DNA of 59,021 bases, counting the filler, from Diploschistes diacapsis (taxonomy: Eukaryota), in NCBI GenBank assembly GCA_023645945.1. It is 6 parts of 6 records of this genome, joined end to end, with 100 filler letters (N's around TTAATTAATTAA, not from the genome) between each part and the next. Parts side by side here need not be neighbours in the genome. Positions count along the whole stretch, not along the records: positions 40,880 to 46,865 come from JALAIB010001454.1; positions 46,966 to 52,945 come from JALAIB010001455.1; positions 53,046 to 59,021 come from JALAIB010001456.1; 3 more parts are not named here. One strand, written 5' to 3'. Below the pieces are notes generated by a model. That model was given only the letters and a program-made list of their open reading frames with translations. It was not told the origin of the DNA and ran no database searches. Both the position numbers and the translations under genes were made by a program. This document shows positions 42,131-53,922 of this stretch, in pieces. Position 1 is the first letter of the stretch, and each line of letters starts with the position of its first letter.

Positions 42131-42636
42131 ACCGACGCATTGTTTGTCCTCAGAGTACTGCACGTATGCTTAGAATGTAGCAAGTCAGTCTCACTGCATA
42201 GTCCGGTGCCATGGAAATGTAGCATCCAAGAGACTCTTGTGATGACTGCTTGCCTTTGCTCTTAACAAGGCCTCGGAGAACACCCTACTATCATTCGCAG
42301 CGTCAGAGTCCCGCCGTGGATGCCTCCGTCTTTCGCCCTCTTGTCTCATTCCAATCCTTTGTTCTCCAGTGCCGTGAGAAAGACCCTAGCCTTCCACGTC
42401 CGTTTCCAAAGAGGTAGGTTCTCTCGACATCGACGTCCGAGTTTCTTTGATCAGCCTTATGCCCCTCACATGACACCTGCTCCCTCAACCTCAGCCTCAC
42501 CACCACAGACACGGGGAGAACAAAGTCGAAGCTTGCGTATTTTCCTCCTCACCCGTCTTCACAGCGCCATAAGCCTAGCTCGAACCCTCCACACCCCACA
42601 GCTAGCGCTCAGACAGCAGCATCAGCAGCAGCCACC

Positions 42637-43491
42637 ATGTCCGGCGCGCAAGGCTACCACATCAAGCAGGCGCAGCCCCGCACGGCGCAGAACCTGCGCC
42701 GGATGATGGGCGACGTGAGCCTGCAGGTGTCGCGGCAGATGCTCGCGCGGGCGCCCAAGATGGGGCCCGAGTCGACCGTGCACGACAACGCCTGCGGCAA
42801 CGGCGTCGTGACACAGGCCATCATCGAGACCCAGACGCCCGCCAACGTGACCATTCACGCCACGGACATCGGGTCGACGATGTGCGAGGCCACGGCCGCG
42901 CTCGCGTCCGAGCACGCGGCCTGGGCGTCGCGCGTGAAGACGGCGGTGATGCCGTCCGAGAAGCTAACGTTCGCGGACGACACCTTCACGCACAGCTACG
43001 GCAATTTCGTCATCTTCATGGCTCAGGACGCCGAGAAGGTGGCCAGCGAGATGTTCCGCACCCTCCGGCCCGCCGCGCGCGGGGGCGTCGGCTACGTCAC
43101 CACCTGGCACCTGATGCCGGACGAGGACGCCATCATGGCCGCCCACGCCGCCACCCGTCCGCCGGACGCGAAGCACCTGCTTTCCATGCGCAGCGACTGG
43201 AAGGACCCCGAGTATGTCAAGGGCGTGATGGAGAGGGCCGGGTTCAGCGCCGAGATGAGCAAGCTGGATACGAAGCTGAGCTTCGAGAGCACGCGCGGCT
43301 GGTGCGAGCTGGCGTGGAGCCTACTCGGGGCTCCGGTTGGCGGCTGGACGCCGCAGGACGAGGAGAAGTTCGAACAGGCGGTCGACGTGATGACGGAGAA
43401 TCTGGCGGGGAGCGAGTACTTTGAGAGCAATGGGAAGGGAGGCGGGGCGGTGAGGATGATTGCGAACGTGGCGACGGTGCGGAAGGGCTGA
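42637..43491 (+). CDS. Class I SAM-dependent methyltransferase (UbiE-like)
   Basis: VHDNACGNGVVT, IHATDI, LTFADDTFTHSY; GC-rich intact ORF. Confidence 0.9.
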   Translation: MSGAQGYHIKQAQPRTAQNLRRMMGDVSLQVSRQMLARAPKMGPESTVHDNACGNGVVTQAIIETQTPANVTIHATDIGSTMCEATAALASEHAAWASRVKTAVMPSEKLTFADDTFTHSYGNFVIFMAQDAEKVASEMFRTLRPAARGGVGYVTTWHLMPDEDAIMAAHAATRPPDAKHLLSMRSDWKDPEYVKGVMERAGFSAEMSKLDTKLSFESTRGWCELAWSLLGAPVGGWTPQDEEKFEQAVDVMTENLAGSEYFESNGKGGGAVRMIANVATVRKG

Positions 43492-43791
43492 GGGGCTTGT
43501 CTGTGTGTGATGATAGCGGAGGGTTGTCTAGATTGATAGGGGGGTGCTTTACTTTGAATGATGGCGCCATATTGGGCGGAAACAGTAAGCCAGATTAGGT
43601 ACAAACATAGGTGCTACTCAGTCGATCCACGCTCGGCCATATTGCAACTCTCATACACCAACGTAAGGCCGTTGCTTCGTCCAAGAAACCCGAATTTAGC
43701 TCCCAGGATGGATTCCAGTATCTGTCAAGAGCTCCAAATCCCCCCATCAGACATATCTCTAGAGACGCCTGTCCTCTTGATCTTTCTCTCC

Positions 43792-45060
43792 TCAATAAAT
43801 AGCCAAGCACCTCACCTCGACGCTCTCTCTCGGCTCGCAACCGGGCGGCGTATCAGGGTGCTTGAAGGCCGAGTGTGCACAAACTATACCAAATCAATCA
43901 GCCCCTTTTCCTCCACGAGATTGTCTCTCACAACACCAAAGCGAAAAAGAAGAGGCAGGTAAGAAAAGGGGCTCAAACTTACGCTTTCCCACAACATCCT
44001 CCTTGCTATCCCAGATCTTCAACAGCGTCACCTCATTGGGCGTGTGCTTGTCCAGGTAGAACCATCGCTGGCCCGGCGCGTAGCAGAACGCCGCCGTCTG
44101 CCCGCGCTCTTCCCCACGCCTGCCGCCACAGGTCCACAGGGTGGTAGTCGTCCGGGTTGAGGCTGCGGTAGTCCATCATGGCCAGTGGCCAGTCTCTGAC
44201 GGGGCCGTTGAGGGGGCGCCAAACGCTGCGTTTGAGGGGGTGGGGAGGTTAGTTTGGGGGTTGAAGATTAGGGTTAAAGGGAGAGGGAGGTGGGATGAGG
44301 GTAAGAAAAGAAGAACACGGAGCGCGGAATTACTTGATCATTTGCACCCGGCCCTTTAGCACCTCGTCGACGTCCTCACCCTCACCAAGGTCCTGCTTGA
44401 GGCGTCGTATGGTGCCTTTGGCCGACCTGGGGGGTCAATGTTAGATTGGTGAGAACATCGTTGGATCGGAAGCCGGTGCTTACTGATCGCAATGGACCTG
44501 TATGGCCGTCAGCATAACCGGCAAGCTTGGGGAGTAGGTAAGGTAAGAGATAGTTACAAAGCTCACCTGGGTCGCAGGCTGCTCCCGGCCGTTCGGATTC
44601 TCCTTCTCGTCCAACTCCGGCCGGCGGCGGCGCACCGTGTGGTCGAATATGATGACGCGCGAGGCGCCAGTGCGGCTCTCAATCAGCTGCTCGACGACCG
44701 GATAGTAGTGCCTCTGCACGCCCTCCTTATCGTTGGCGCGCATGAACGTCAGGAGCTCCGGCGTGACGACGTTAGGGCTGTCTACGAACTCGAAGGCGTG
44801 CGTGTTGATGCTGAAGGAGGATTTGTTCGGGCGGGCATCCGCCACGGTCAGGTCATGCTCCTCCCACTTGAAGTTGATGGTCTCAAAGCCGGCGTCGGCC
44901 GCGGAGCGGTAGAAGGGCGAGCCGCGGCTTGAAGTATCCCAGGGCTCGAGGAAGCTCATTTTTGAGGGATACTGGTTGGCGAGGTGTGGCAGCTCGGTGG
45001 CTGCGGGAGCTGTGGATGGTGGTGTATTCTCATCTGATCTGCGTGTCCCATTCATTCCGT
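43792..45060 (-). CDS. AsaB/CmcJ/GA4-desaturase-like (putative Fe/2OG-type) oxidoreductase domain, intact
   Basis: Spliced reading: MSFLEPW..VADARP..YYPVVEQLI..GASRVIIFDHTVRRR..PATQ|VHCDQ|S..RVQMIN|VWRPLNGPVRDWPLAMMDYRS..QRWFYL..EVTLLKIWDS..|CAHSAFKHP..PRESVEVRCLAIY*. The start is uncertain. Confidence 0.85.
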
Positions 45061-46650
45061 TAGCATGTCCGTTTGTCAAGGGAGCTGCTACAGGTGCTTG
45101 TCGGCCTTCACTCGAAGGCTCAACTTCCCAGTTTGGGATCAGCTCGATAGCGCACGGCCATGCATTTCTGAGCTCGTATATGTTCTTGATTATCCAGCAA
45201 GTCTGCTTAGCCAAATTCTGGAACTGCGATCCATCTCTCTCGAAGGAGTTGGTGCTAATCATCATGATGAGATCTCCATAGCGTGATAGTCTCGCCGATT
45301 CCCCATCTTTCAGCAGCTGCTCGAAGATGATGAAGCGGCTTTTCTGGCTTTTCAAAATTGCTTGGCGCACGTTTTTCATAACTTGAATCACCTCGGAGTC
45401 ATGCCAATTGTGAAGGCACCACTTCATCGTGTAGACCTCAAAGGGTGGAACCTCCTTCAGGAAATCTCCGGCCACCAAGTTCTCGCGCGGCACTCTCGCT
45501 CCAACGTCGGAGAACTCTCCATCGACGTTGTGGAACTTCTGTGCAGCGTGCTCAATGACTTCAGGCCTGTCGAGGATTCCGCCTTTCGTGTTCGTGTGCT
45601 TGCGCAGCACCGAAGCTACTAGGCCGCCGGCACCCCCCCCGCCAAGGTCAAAAATCGTCGAGTCAGAGATTTCATCCCACGGATAAGTCTTTGAGAATGC
45701 CAGGAGCCTGAGCGATCGCACCACCACTTAACGTCCTATGGACGCGAGCCACCATGCCCTGTTCTTTTAGGTAGCTTGGCAGGTCCTTGTTAGTGTTATA
45801 CACGATTTGGCCGGGATTGCGAGCTTCGCCTCTACGTCAAGACGCGGGAATGCCAGCAGCCATGTCGTAGAGCTCGTTCCCGTACAGATCTACCCAATTG
45901 CGCCATTGGGTCCAGTGATCTGAGAGAAGCAACTCGGAAGTCGAGTTGTTGCTGTATGTTTCCAGAAGAGGATCATAAGTGAAGATGCCACGATTGTACA
46001 GAACTTCAGGCCCACTGCAGCTGATGCGTACACTTGGCTGGTGGCCATTTGCTTCGAGGCCGCACTCCTAGCATTAGTAGGGGATAAGGGTCTTGTAGTT
46101 GTGGCGAGGCCGATCCAAGTTGGCGAATTCATACTTTCTGCAGCTAAGATCCTCCTGCTCGCTGCCATGTTACTTTCCTTCTTGTATGTGCAGTATCTGC
46201 GACGTCCTGACTCAACTACTAGTACAGCAGAGAGAGAAAGATTACTTGTAGGAGCGCTGCGACCAGAGTCGGGAGTATGCAAAGAAGCCCCGTCTTGGAG
46301 AAACGAAATAAGTCGGGCGTATCGGTTGGGTTGGCGTACAAGGTGCAAGTTAATCAGTTTCGAAGAATGTATGATGCAGCAAGGTAGTCGCCAGACAGGA
46401 AGCATCCGGAAGCTCTTTCGTTGTTATCCCCTCCCAGCCCTGCGTCCCAAAGGATCAGTCTATTGTTCGCGCATCTGCTGCCTTTTGGATTTCCATAGTA
46501 CCATTGGCCAGATGGCACGGCGGTATGGGTGGGATGAGGCATCCATTCGGAGAGTACAATACCGATCGGACGGAGCACGCTGGGCGAGGCTCGTGGCGTC
46601 TGCCTGTTTACCTGGATGGCCAAAATATGCGGATGTACTTGCATCATCAA
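45060..46650 (-). pseudogene. O-methyltransferase (Methyltransf_2) domain with a disrupted 5' half, in frame with the AsaB/CmcJ-like domain
   Basis: LLSDHWTQWRNWVDLYGNELYDMAAGIPAS*(TGA 45837-45839)..TLSGGAIAQAPGILKD/YPW (+1 at 45685-45686)..DLGGGGAGG..GDFLKEVPPFEVYTMKWCLHNWHD..WPCAIE. The 5' limit is approximate. Confidence 0.8.
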
Positions 46651-46865
46651 GAAGAAAAGCTTGATATGAGAGGGTGGGTTGGAAACTTTTAGAAAGAGTG
46701 TATAGTGGTGCTGTTAATGAGATGCCGTAAGCTCAGTGCAGTGCAAATGGACAGCCACGTGCATTCGGGCGCAGTTATTCTGACGGAAATTTTTATTTTT
46801 ATTTTTTTAAGTTTAATAGGATAGATGGCTCCCGCGCACCCGCGATACTTTAAAATATATATAAA

Positions 46866-46965
46866 NNNNNNNNNNNNNNNNNNNNNNNNNNNNNNNNNNN
46901 NNNNNNNNNTTAATTAATTAANNNNNNNNNNNNNNNNNNNNNNNNNNNNNNNNNNNNNNNNNNNN
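46866..46965. other. Artificial contig spacer
   Basis: N44-TTAATTAATTAA-N44. Confidence 0.98.
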
Positions 46966-47400
46966 ATCTATATTTTAAAAATATAGACGTTAATTTTTTG
47001 GCATTATCGGCGTTTGCGGTATATTAAATTAATTATCGGGATTCTATTCTTTCTTAATAGGGTTAGTTAATTTTCTTTTAGTTATAATAATATTTAATCG
47101 ATAATATTAAACTTTTAAAAAATTCGAAAGAGGATAACGTGTGTTTTAGAAATTTTTTGGCTTTTTAATAAACGAAAACGATAGTTTTTATAATAATTTA
47201 TAGAGGTTTTTTTAAAAGGTTAAGCGGTAAGAAAATGCGGTGAAAAGATTTTTATCACGCGATTTATATCTTAAATCTTAATAATTCGAATAATATAAGC
47301 GAATCGAATCGTTTCGATCGAAAAAAGATTTCTTTTTTTCGAAACTCGACTTTTAAAGTCTGGTCGAGGCTAGAACTCTTTAGGTGAGTTACTTTTTCGT
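46966..47400. repeat. AT-rich, RIP-like degenerate repeat relic at the contig end
   Basis: Very AT-rich and TpA-rich with few CpA/TpG, while CpG survives (tcga, acg, gcg). Confidence 0.55.
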
Positions 47401-47839
47401 TGCTACCATATGTGATTCGATTGTATGGTGTGTTTTAAATTGTCTAGCTATAGATTTACAAATAAAAGGTATTCTGCCAAGTCTTTTCGGACTTAGGGCT
47501 TAACTCCGTAGTGAAACCACAGCGAGAATAAAAGTGAGCCTCCAACTAACCAGCCCAAGATTCTCCGAGTACGCCCGCCAAAGACCAAAGCACAATCCAA
47601 AGTCATGGTACGAGTGAAGAAGCGTGGCTGGGTTGAGTACGAGACCAGGAACCATTGTTAAAACATACTCACTATGGTACTGGTTACCATACCTAATCGA
47701 CATTGTCTTCGGCATCATTCACTCAAGGCAATTGGTCCAAGGATAATTGCAAGTGATTTGAATTGACATCGATGACCAGGATTCGACCATGAAAGAGGTT
47801 ACGACAAAGATGTATCGAGGAGCAGCTGAAGCGTCGGTG

Positions 47840-49212
47840 CCATCATTGCGGGATGTGGTCTTGCCGTTTCTCTGGAGTATGGCTGCATGCTTCCGCGGTC
47901 TGGGGGCGACAAGGTATACCTAGAGTTCACTTATCGTCGACCACGGTTCCTCGCCTCCACGCTTATGGCGGTTCAAGCGGTGCTGCTCAACTTCACGGCG
48001 AGTAATTGCATGGTTTTCAGCTAGTACGTCCTCTTCGCGCTTGACATCGACGCGGCTGCCTCCCTAGGGAAAATTTTGGCTCTCACTCTACTGACCACCG
48101 TCACTCTCGGATGGCTCAAAGTGGCCGTGGTAGGCTTCATGATCCTCGTCGCACTTTTCGTCGTGATATTCCAACCGGATCACTCGCCCCATGACCACAA
48201 CTGGACTTTGGGCTGGGTCGGCCTCTGGGAGAACTCAGATTGGACTTGGGCCGTTTTCGCAACGTCCTTGTTTAAAGTCTTTTACTACTATGCTGGATTG
48301 AAAAATGTCAATTACATTCTAAATGACGTGAAAGATCCGGTCCGGACACTGAAAGCTGTCTCCATTACTGTACTTTTGACGACATGTGTCCTATATGCAT
48401 TGATCAATATTACCTATTTCGTCGTTCCATTCGATGAGATCAAGCAGAGCGGCGAGCTGATTGCTGCCCTGTTCTTCGAACGGAGTTTGGGTCCGAGCCT
48501 AGGAAAGGTGATTTTGCCCGTTGTTGTCACGTTATCGAACGTTGGTAATGTTATGGTGACCGTCTATGCCTTGGTGAGCGTTACTACTACATGTATTGTC
48601 AAGCGGGCTGACCAGATTCGTAATAGGGACGGCTCAACCAAGAGGTCGCTCGTCAAGGATTCCTCCCATTCTCCGACTTTCTAGCATCTTCGAAGCCATT
48701 CGGTGCACCCTTGGGTGGCTTGTTAGTCCAATACATTCTCTCTCTGCTCGTCATCTTACTGCCTCCATCAAACGACATCTACTCTCTGATACTGGACGTT
48801 GCACAATACCCCAGGCAGTTCTATGCTCTTGCGCTCTGCTTTGGCCTTCTCTAGTTGAGATTTGAGCGACCAGATCTGCAGAGATCATTCAAAGCCTGGA
48901 TCTCTGCAATCGTGTTGATGATTGGTTCTGAGCATCGCGCTGATTGCTGCGCCATTCTTCCCACCAAAAGAAGAGAAGGTGACCTTTTCTACGCTACCTA
49001 TGCTATTATTCGGATCGGCATGTGAGTTTGAACTTGTGTAGATGCAATCTGAGCATCGCTGATTAATCTGTGGCAGACTTGCCTTTGCGATTATCTACTG
49101 GTACATTTGGACAGTACTTGTTCTCTACCGGAAAAGTCACAGACTAGAAGAGAGATCGCAGGGTCTTGATGATGGCGTTACGATTACTCGGCTTCTAAAG
49201 ATATCAAAGTAA
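47840..49212 (+). pseudogene. Methionine permease (MUP1-like APC transporter) pseudogene
   Basis: AVSLEYGCMLPRSGGDKVYLEFTYRRPRFL..TASNCMVFS* (TAG 48022-48024); GLL*LR (TAG 48852-48854); +1 T at 48926-48927; N-terminus missing. Confidence 0.85.
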
Positions 49213-50118
49213 AGCAAGCGCTTGGTATTAGCATTGATATCAAAGCCTATGGACGTCGATTATAGTCAGTATCTAGGCTATGGCCCGAAGACGTCGCGCC
49301 AAGTCACCACTAAACACCTGATACGACGTGCTTGGGACCTTTCGAGGCCTATTTCACCGCAATGTTTCCGCACGACCGTATTTCTTTGCACGAATTCCAA
49401 ACCACTTTGGATAAGAAGCACTGACAAATCCAAAAAGATGCGAGAGGTGTGACACCAGCTAGGGGACATGCGAGCCCCACTAACTAAAAATCCAACGGTC
49501 TTTGACATCTGGAACCCGTTCGGATGCATCCTACCAAAACTAAACAATCTTAGTCAAAGCTTCTTATCGTGCGGAACGTACCGTGCTGCTTGAGATATTC
49601 GAGTTACCTAGCAAATCAAAAGATTCGTATATAATAAAGGGATCGAGACAATTGCAGCATCCTGTGGCCAGTGGCGCCTTCGCAAAGTACGACAGCGAAT
49701 GTGGGGACGATGTCTGGTACGATGGAATGGACACACTCAGTCATGATAAGCTGTTCTTACCCAGATACGCAAACCCTAGCAAAGCCCCTTTGTCAGGCTG
49801 TCGTGATCTATGGTCTGGATTTCGATAGGTAATTGACCAATGGTAGTGCAGTTAACCTACCTGCATGGGGTCGCGTTATCAGCAACTTGAATGTGCACAT
49901 CCATGGAAGCTGCACGCCAAGTCATTGTCTGGACCACTCAAGATGTGGGGGCCTACAGAAGTCGAAATTTCTTGTTCACGGTGCCTGTGGAGTATTTTCT
50001 TCCTTTCCAATCTGTGCAGTTGTAGAGATACAAACGCTTGTCCAACGCTCGACTCACTACATGCTCGGCCATCTGGATCGAGGCGCATCGGGAGGATATC
50101 AGAGGACTCTTCGTGATA

Positions 50119-52347
50119 ATGTCGTTCTGGCGCCGTCCCTTCAGCAGCCGATCGGCCCCTAACGCGAACGATCATGTATCCGACAAAGGCTCGGAGGTTT
50201 CCGACGGCAGTCTCAGGTATGTCGTTGAGAAGGGAGGTAATGACTCTCCGGCATCCTATCAAGAGGCAACCGGCGCACCGGTCGAGGTCGACTCACCTCT
50301 AGGATATGGCGTTGGCCCCATCACCATCATCTTCCTAAACGTGAGCAAGATGATCGGCACGGGCGTCTATTCAACTCGTGAGCGGATCGCGCTTCCCACT
50401 GCACCGACTTTGAATTAACAAGCGCAGCATCGAACATCCTTGTAGGAACCGGGTCGGTCGGCCTAAGCATGATATACTGGGCTCTCGGATTCGTGACTTC
50501 GATCTCATCTCTCGCGGTATATCTTGAATTTGCAGCGTACTTTCCCAACCGATCTGGATCGGAAGTCGTGTATCTCGAGCAAGCGTATCCGCGACCCAAG
50601 TGGCTCTTTCCTACAACATTTGCATTTCAATCCGTCCTGCTATCTTTCAGCAGTGGCAATTCGATCGGTTAGTACACAACGAAGCCGCAAATCCCTTGGT
50701 TCTGGGCTGACTGAACGCCGCTGCAGTACTGGCTGAATACTTGTATCGCATCAACGGCAGTACGCCGACAGGTTGGGAGTTGAAGGGCGTTGCTGTTGCT
50801 GGCTACACCGTGGCCACTTTACGTAAGGACTGTGGCTTGACTGGTAGAGGGCGATGCTGAATGCTCCAGTCGTCATCTTCAGCACGAAATTTTCCTATTG
50901 GCTTTCCAACGGGGTTGGCGTCGTGAAGGTCCTCACTCTTGTGTTTATCTCAGTCACTGGTCTAGTGGTTTTGGGGGGCCACACGAGCGTGCACGATCCA
51001 CAAGCCAACTTTGTCAATCCGTTCGAGGGACATGCAACGCCTTACGGGCTGACAAACGCGTTGTATAAGATCGTCTTTGCATATACTGGGTATGAAAATG
51101 CGTTCAATGTTGTGAATGAAGTGAAAGTCAGTGATTGTTCCCTCGGACATCCCCTTTGCCGCAGCATCTAATACTGTCCGTCACCATAGAATCCAGTCAA
51201 ACAAATTCGGAAGAATGGCTTCATTGCTTTGGGAATTGTGACGGTCTTGTATATCTTTGCAAACATTGCATACTTCGCTGCTGGTTCGTTATTGCGCTGA
51301 GAACCCTGTGTCTGGCAGAGAAGATCTCTAATGATATGTCACGTAGTGCCAAAACAGGATATGGCGGACGCCAGTCAAATCGCTGCCAGCTTGTTCTTCG
51401 AGAATGTCTTTGGCTCTGGCAATGCTGTCAAAGGACTCAACTTTCTGATCGCGCTTAGCGCTTTTGGAAACTTGATTACCGTGATGCTAGGCGTATCCCG
51501 GCTCATTCGGGAGTGTGGAAGGTAAGGAATACTTTCAGGGGTTATCCATCGTGACGAGCAATCTCGAACTTACATCACTTCCAGACAAGGAGTGCTGCCC
51601 TGGCCACGCTTTTGGGCATCGACCAAGCCATTCGGCACTCCGCTCGGGCCGTACTTTGTTAAATGGGCACTGACGATCCTGATGATTCTTGCTCCGCCGG
51701 CAGGAGATGCCTTCAATTTCAGTAAGACTGATACCATGCCATGCCATTACAGAACACGCCTGCAATCCTAACACCACACAACAGTTACCGACCTTCAAGT
51801 CTACCCCGCCTCTCTCTTCGCCTTCCTCATGTCCGTGGGCCTCTACATCGTCCGCTACAAGCGCCGCCGTCTCAACCTGCCGCGACCCGAGTTTCTGGCC
51901 TGGGATCCAATCGTCATCTTCAACATTGTGCTGAATCTGTACCTCCTCATTATGCCGTGGTACCCCCCTAACGGAGGCGTCTTCGACGGAGACGTTAGCT
52001 TCTGGTATGCCACTTATGTAGTCACAGGCATTGGAATGTAAGTCTCCACAATTTTCGCCCTTTACACCCTTATTCGAACCAAGTGCTGATAGCTGCATTC
52101 TAGTTTGGTGGGATGCGGTGTATACTACTGGCTCTGGGTCTATGCGTTTCCTTATGTCCTGGGATACCGGATCAGGCAAGAGGTTTTACGGTTCGAAAAC
52201 GGAGCGCAGAGCCACAAGCTCGTCAAGGTTCCGGTGGCGGAACTTGAGAGATGGGATGCTACGCATGACGCTGTTGGCCGGCGGCTAGATGCTGCCCGTG
52301 ATGATGAGGCGAAGAGTGTTCATGAGACGACCGATTTGGAGAAATAG
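50119..52347 (+). CDS. MUP1: High-affinity methionine permease (MUP1-like)
   Basis: YQEATGAPVEVDSPLGYGVG..NVSKMIGTGVYST|P..GTGSVGLS..YLEFAAYFPNRSGSEVVYLEQAYPRP..FAYTGYENAFNVVNEVK|NP..ECGR|QGVLP; multi-exon, and the reading frame is consistent where checked. Confidence 0.88.
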
Positions 52348-52866
52348 TGGAGTCGCTCTCTTTCCTTTGTTGAAGGAGAAGCTGAGTAGGCGACTCCTGA
52401 GAGGGAAAGCGGGCTTTATTTGAGGTAGGCATCTAGTCAACTCCATGGCACTGTTCGAATTAGGCCTTACTCGATTTCTCTGCTTGAGATACATCGTCCA
52501 CACCAAAGTGTTTTTTTTATTGTATTCACTTTCAAGGTCAACAGAAGTCGACAGAAGGTTCTTTCCACGTGTACTTCGCAGCAGTCTGCCACGGGATCGT
52601 TTCCTTCCCCTGTTACATTCAGCCCATATAATATATGTGAAGTGTTATTAAAAAGCACGAGGTTTGTACTTCTCATGCAGGTCTTATATCCCAAAGTATT
52701 TGTCCATCCTTTCCGATTCACTTTATCAGGATCGACGCCATGTTCCGTCCGCCGCTTAAACCACCTGTAGTCAGCATGACTTTCCTGGCTACCCAAGACA
52801 GATAGACACCAATGACTACACTAACGAGACCAATATCACGTAACCCAACCCGAATCCCATCCTCCA

Positions 52867-52945
52867 CCTTTCCTTCCTTCCTTCCTTCCTTCCTTCCTTC
52901 CTTCCTTCCTTCCTTCCTTCCTTCCTTCCTTCCTTCCTTCCTTCC
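52867..52945 (+). repeat. (CCTT)n tetranucleotide microsatellite at the contig end
   Basis: About 18 consecutive TCCT units running into the spacer. Confidence 0.95.
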
Positions 52946-53045
52946 NNNNNNNNNNNNNNNNNNNNNNNNNNNNNNNNNNNNNNNNNNNNTTAATTAATTA
53001 ANNNNNNNNNNNNNNNNNNNNNNNNNNNNNNNNNNNNNNNNNNNN
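52946..53045. other. Artificial contig spacer
   Basis: N44-TTAATTAATTAA-N44. Confidence 0.98.
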
Positions 53046-53922
53046 CTATAATCTTAAATTAAATTAAAAGATTTCTTTTCTCTATTTCTGGCAATATTAA
53101 CGGCTTATAAAACTATAAACGTGCGTATAACGAAACGTTTTTACGACAAATGTTACGTCTGCGAAAGTATTATATAGATACTTTCACGTATACGCATAAG
53201 AGGCCGCTGAAGAAGTTGGAAGGCTAGGCCGAGGCTGGTTTATAAGGCCGAGGATGGTAGGCGACATCGTGATGGGGTTAACTACCAAACGCGCCACGTA
53301 GAGCGCATCTACGTGGCCGCCAAACAGGGCCTAAGTTCTAACCAGGGTCTGTCCGCGCCGGTTGACATGTGCTGCAGTTAACAACAGTCAAAAACTGTCA
53401 AAAAGAATACTACTTACTCACTTCAAAATCAACATATTAGATTGAGCATTGCATAGCCACGTGCTAACTCAACTCAAATCATTCACATACTCGGAGCTCT
53501 GCAACGCTTAATGGTATGGGCCCAGTCGGATCTGACTTTGGCTACCTGTCTGTCGGCCAGGGTTACATGATACCGCGATCTCAAGGAACGAAAAGTTTAA
53601 GGCACTTTTTGCGTTTTTCTTACTGGCCATGTGCTTACTCCATTGGTTCCGGAAGGTATATCTAAGAACCTACGGTGAGATTTGGGTCGCCTAACTTTGT
53701 AAAGAAAACATGGCTTGATAGCCTGTCGAATCCCCTTGGCGGAATGTGTATCGCAGAATGCGCACTCGTAAGCCATACCACAGCGACTTTTGCTGCTGGA
53801 TAAACCCTCTACCGGATATTAAGTGATGACTATGTCGAGCTTACTATGGATCGAAAAAGTATACGCAAAAATGCCATTCCATTTCTGCCCTCCAAGGTGG
53901 GCTGTCAGCGCTTCTCATCACG

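Noticed and set aside
47500..47718. Short minus-strand ORF resembling an MFS transporter fragment
   Set aside because: The similarity is too weak to assign.
42637..52347. Methyltransferases plus methionine permeases as one SAM/sulfur cluster
   Set aside because: The spacer at 46866-46965 lies between them, so linkage is unsupported.
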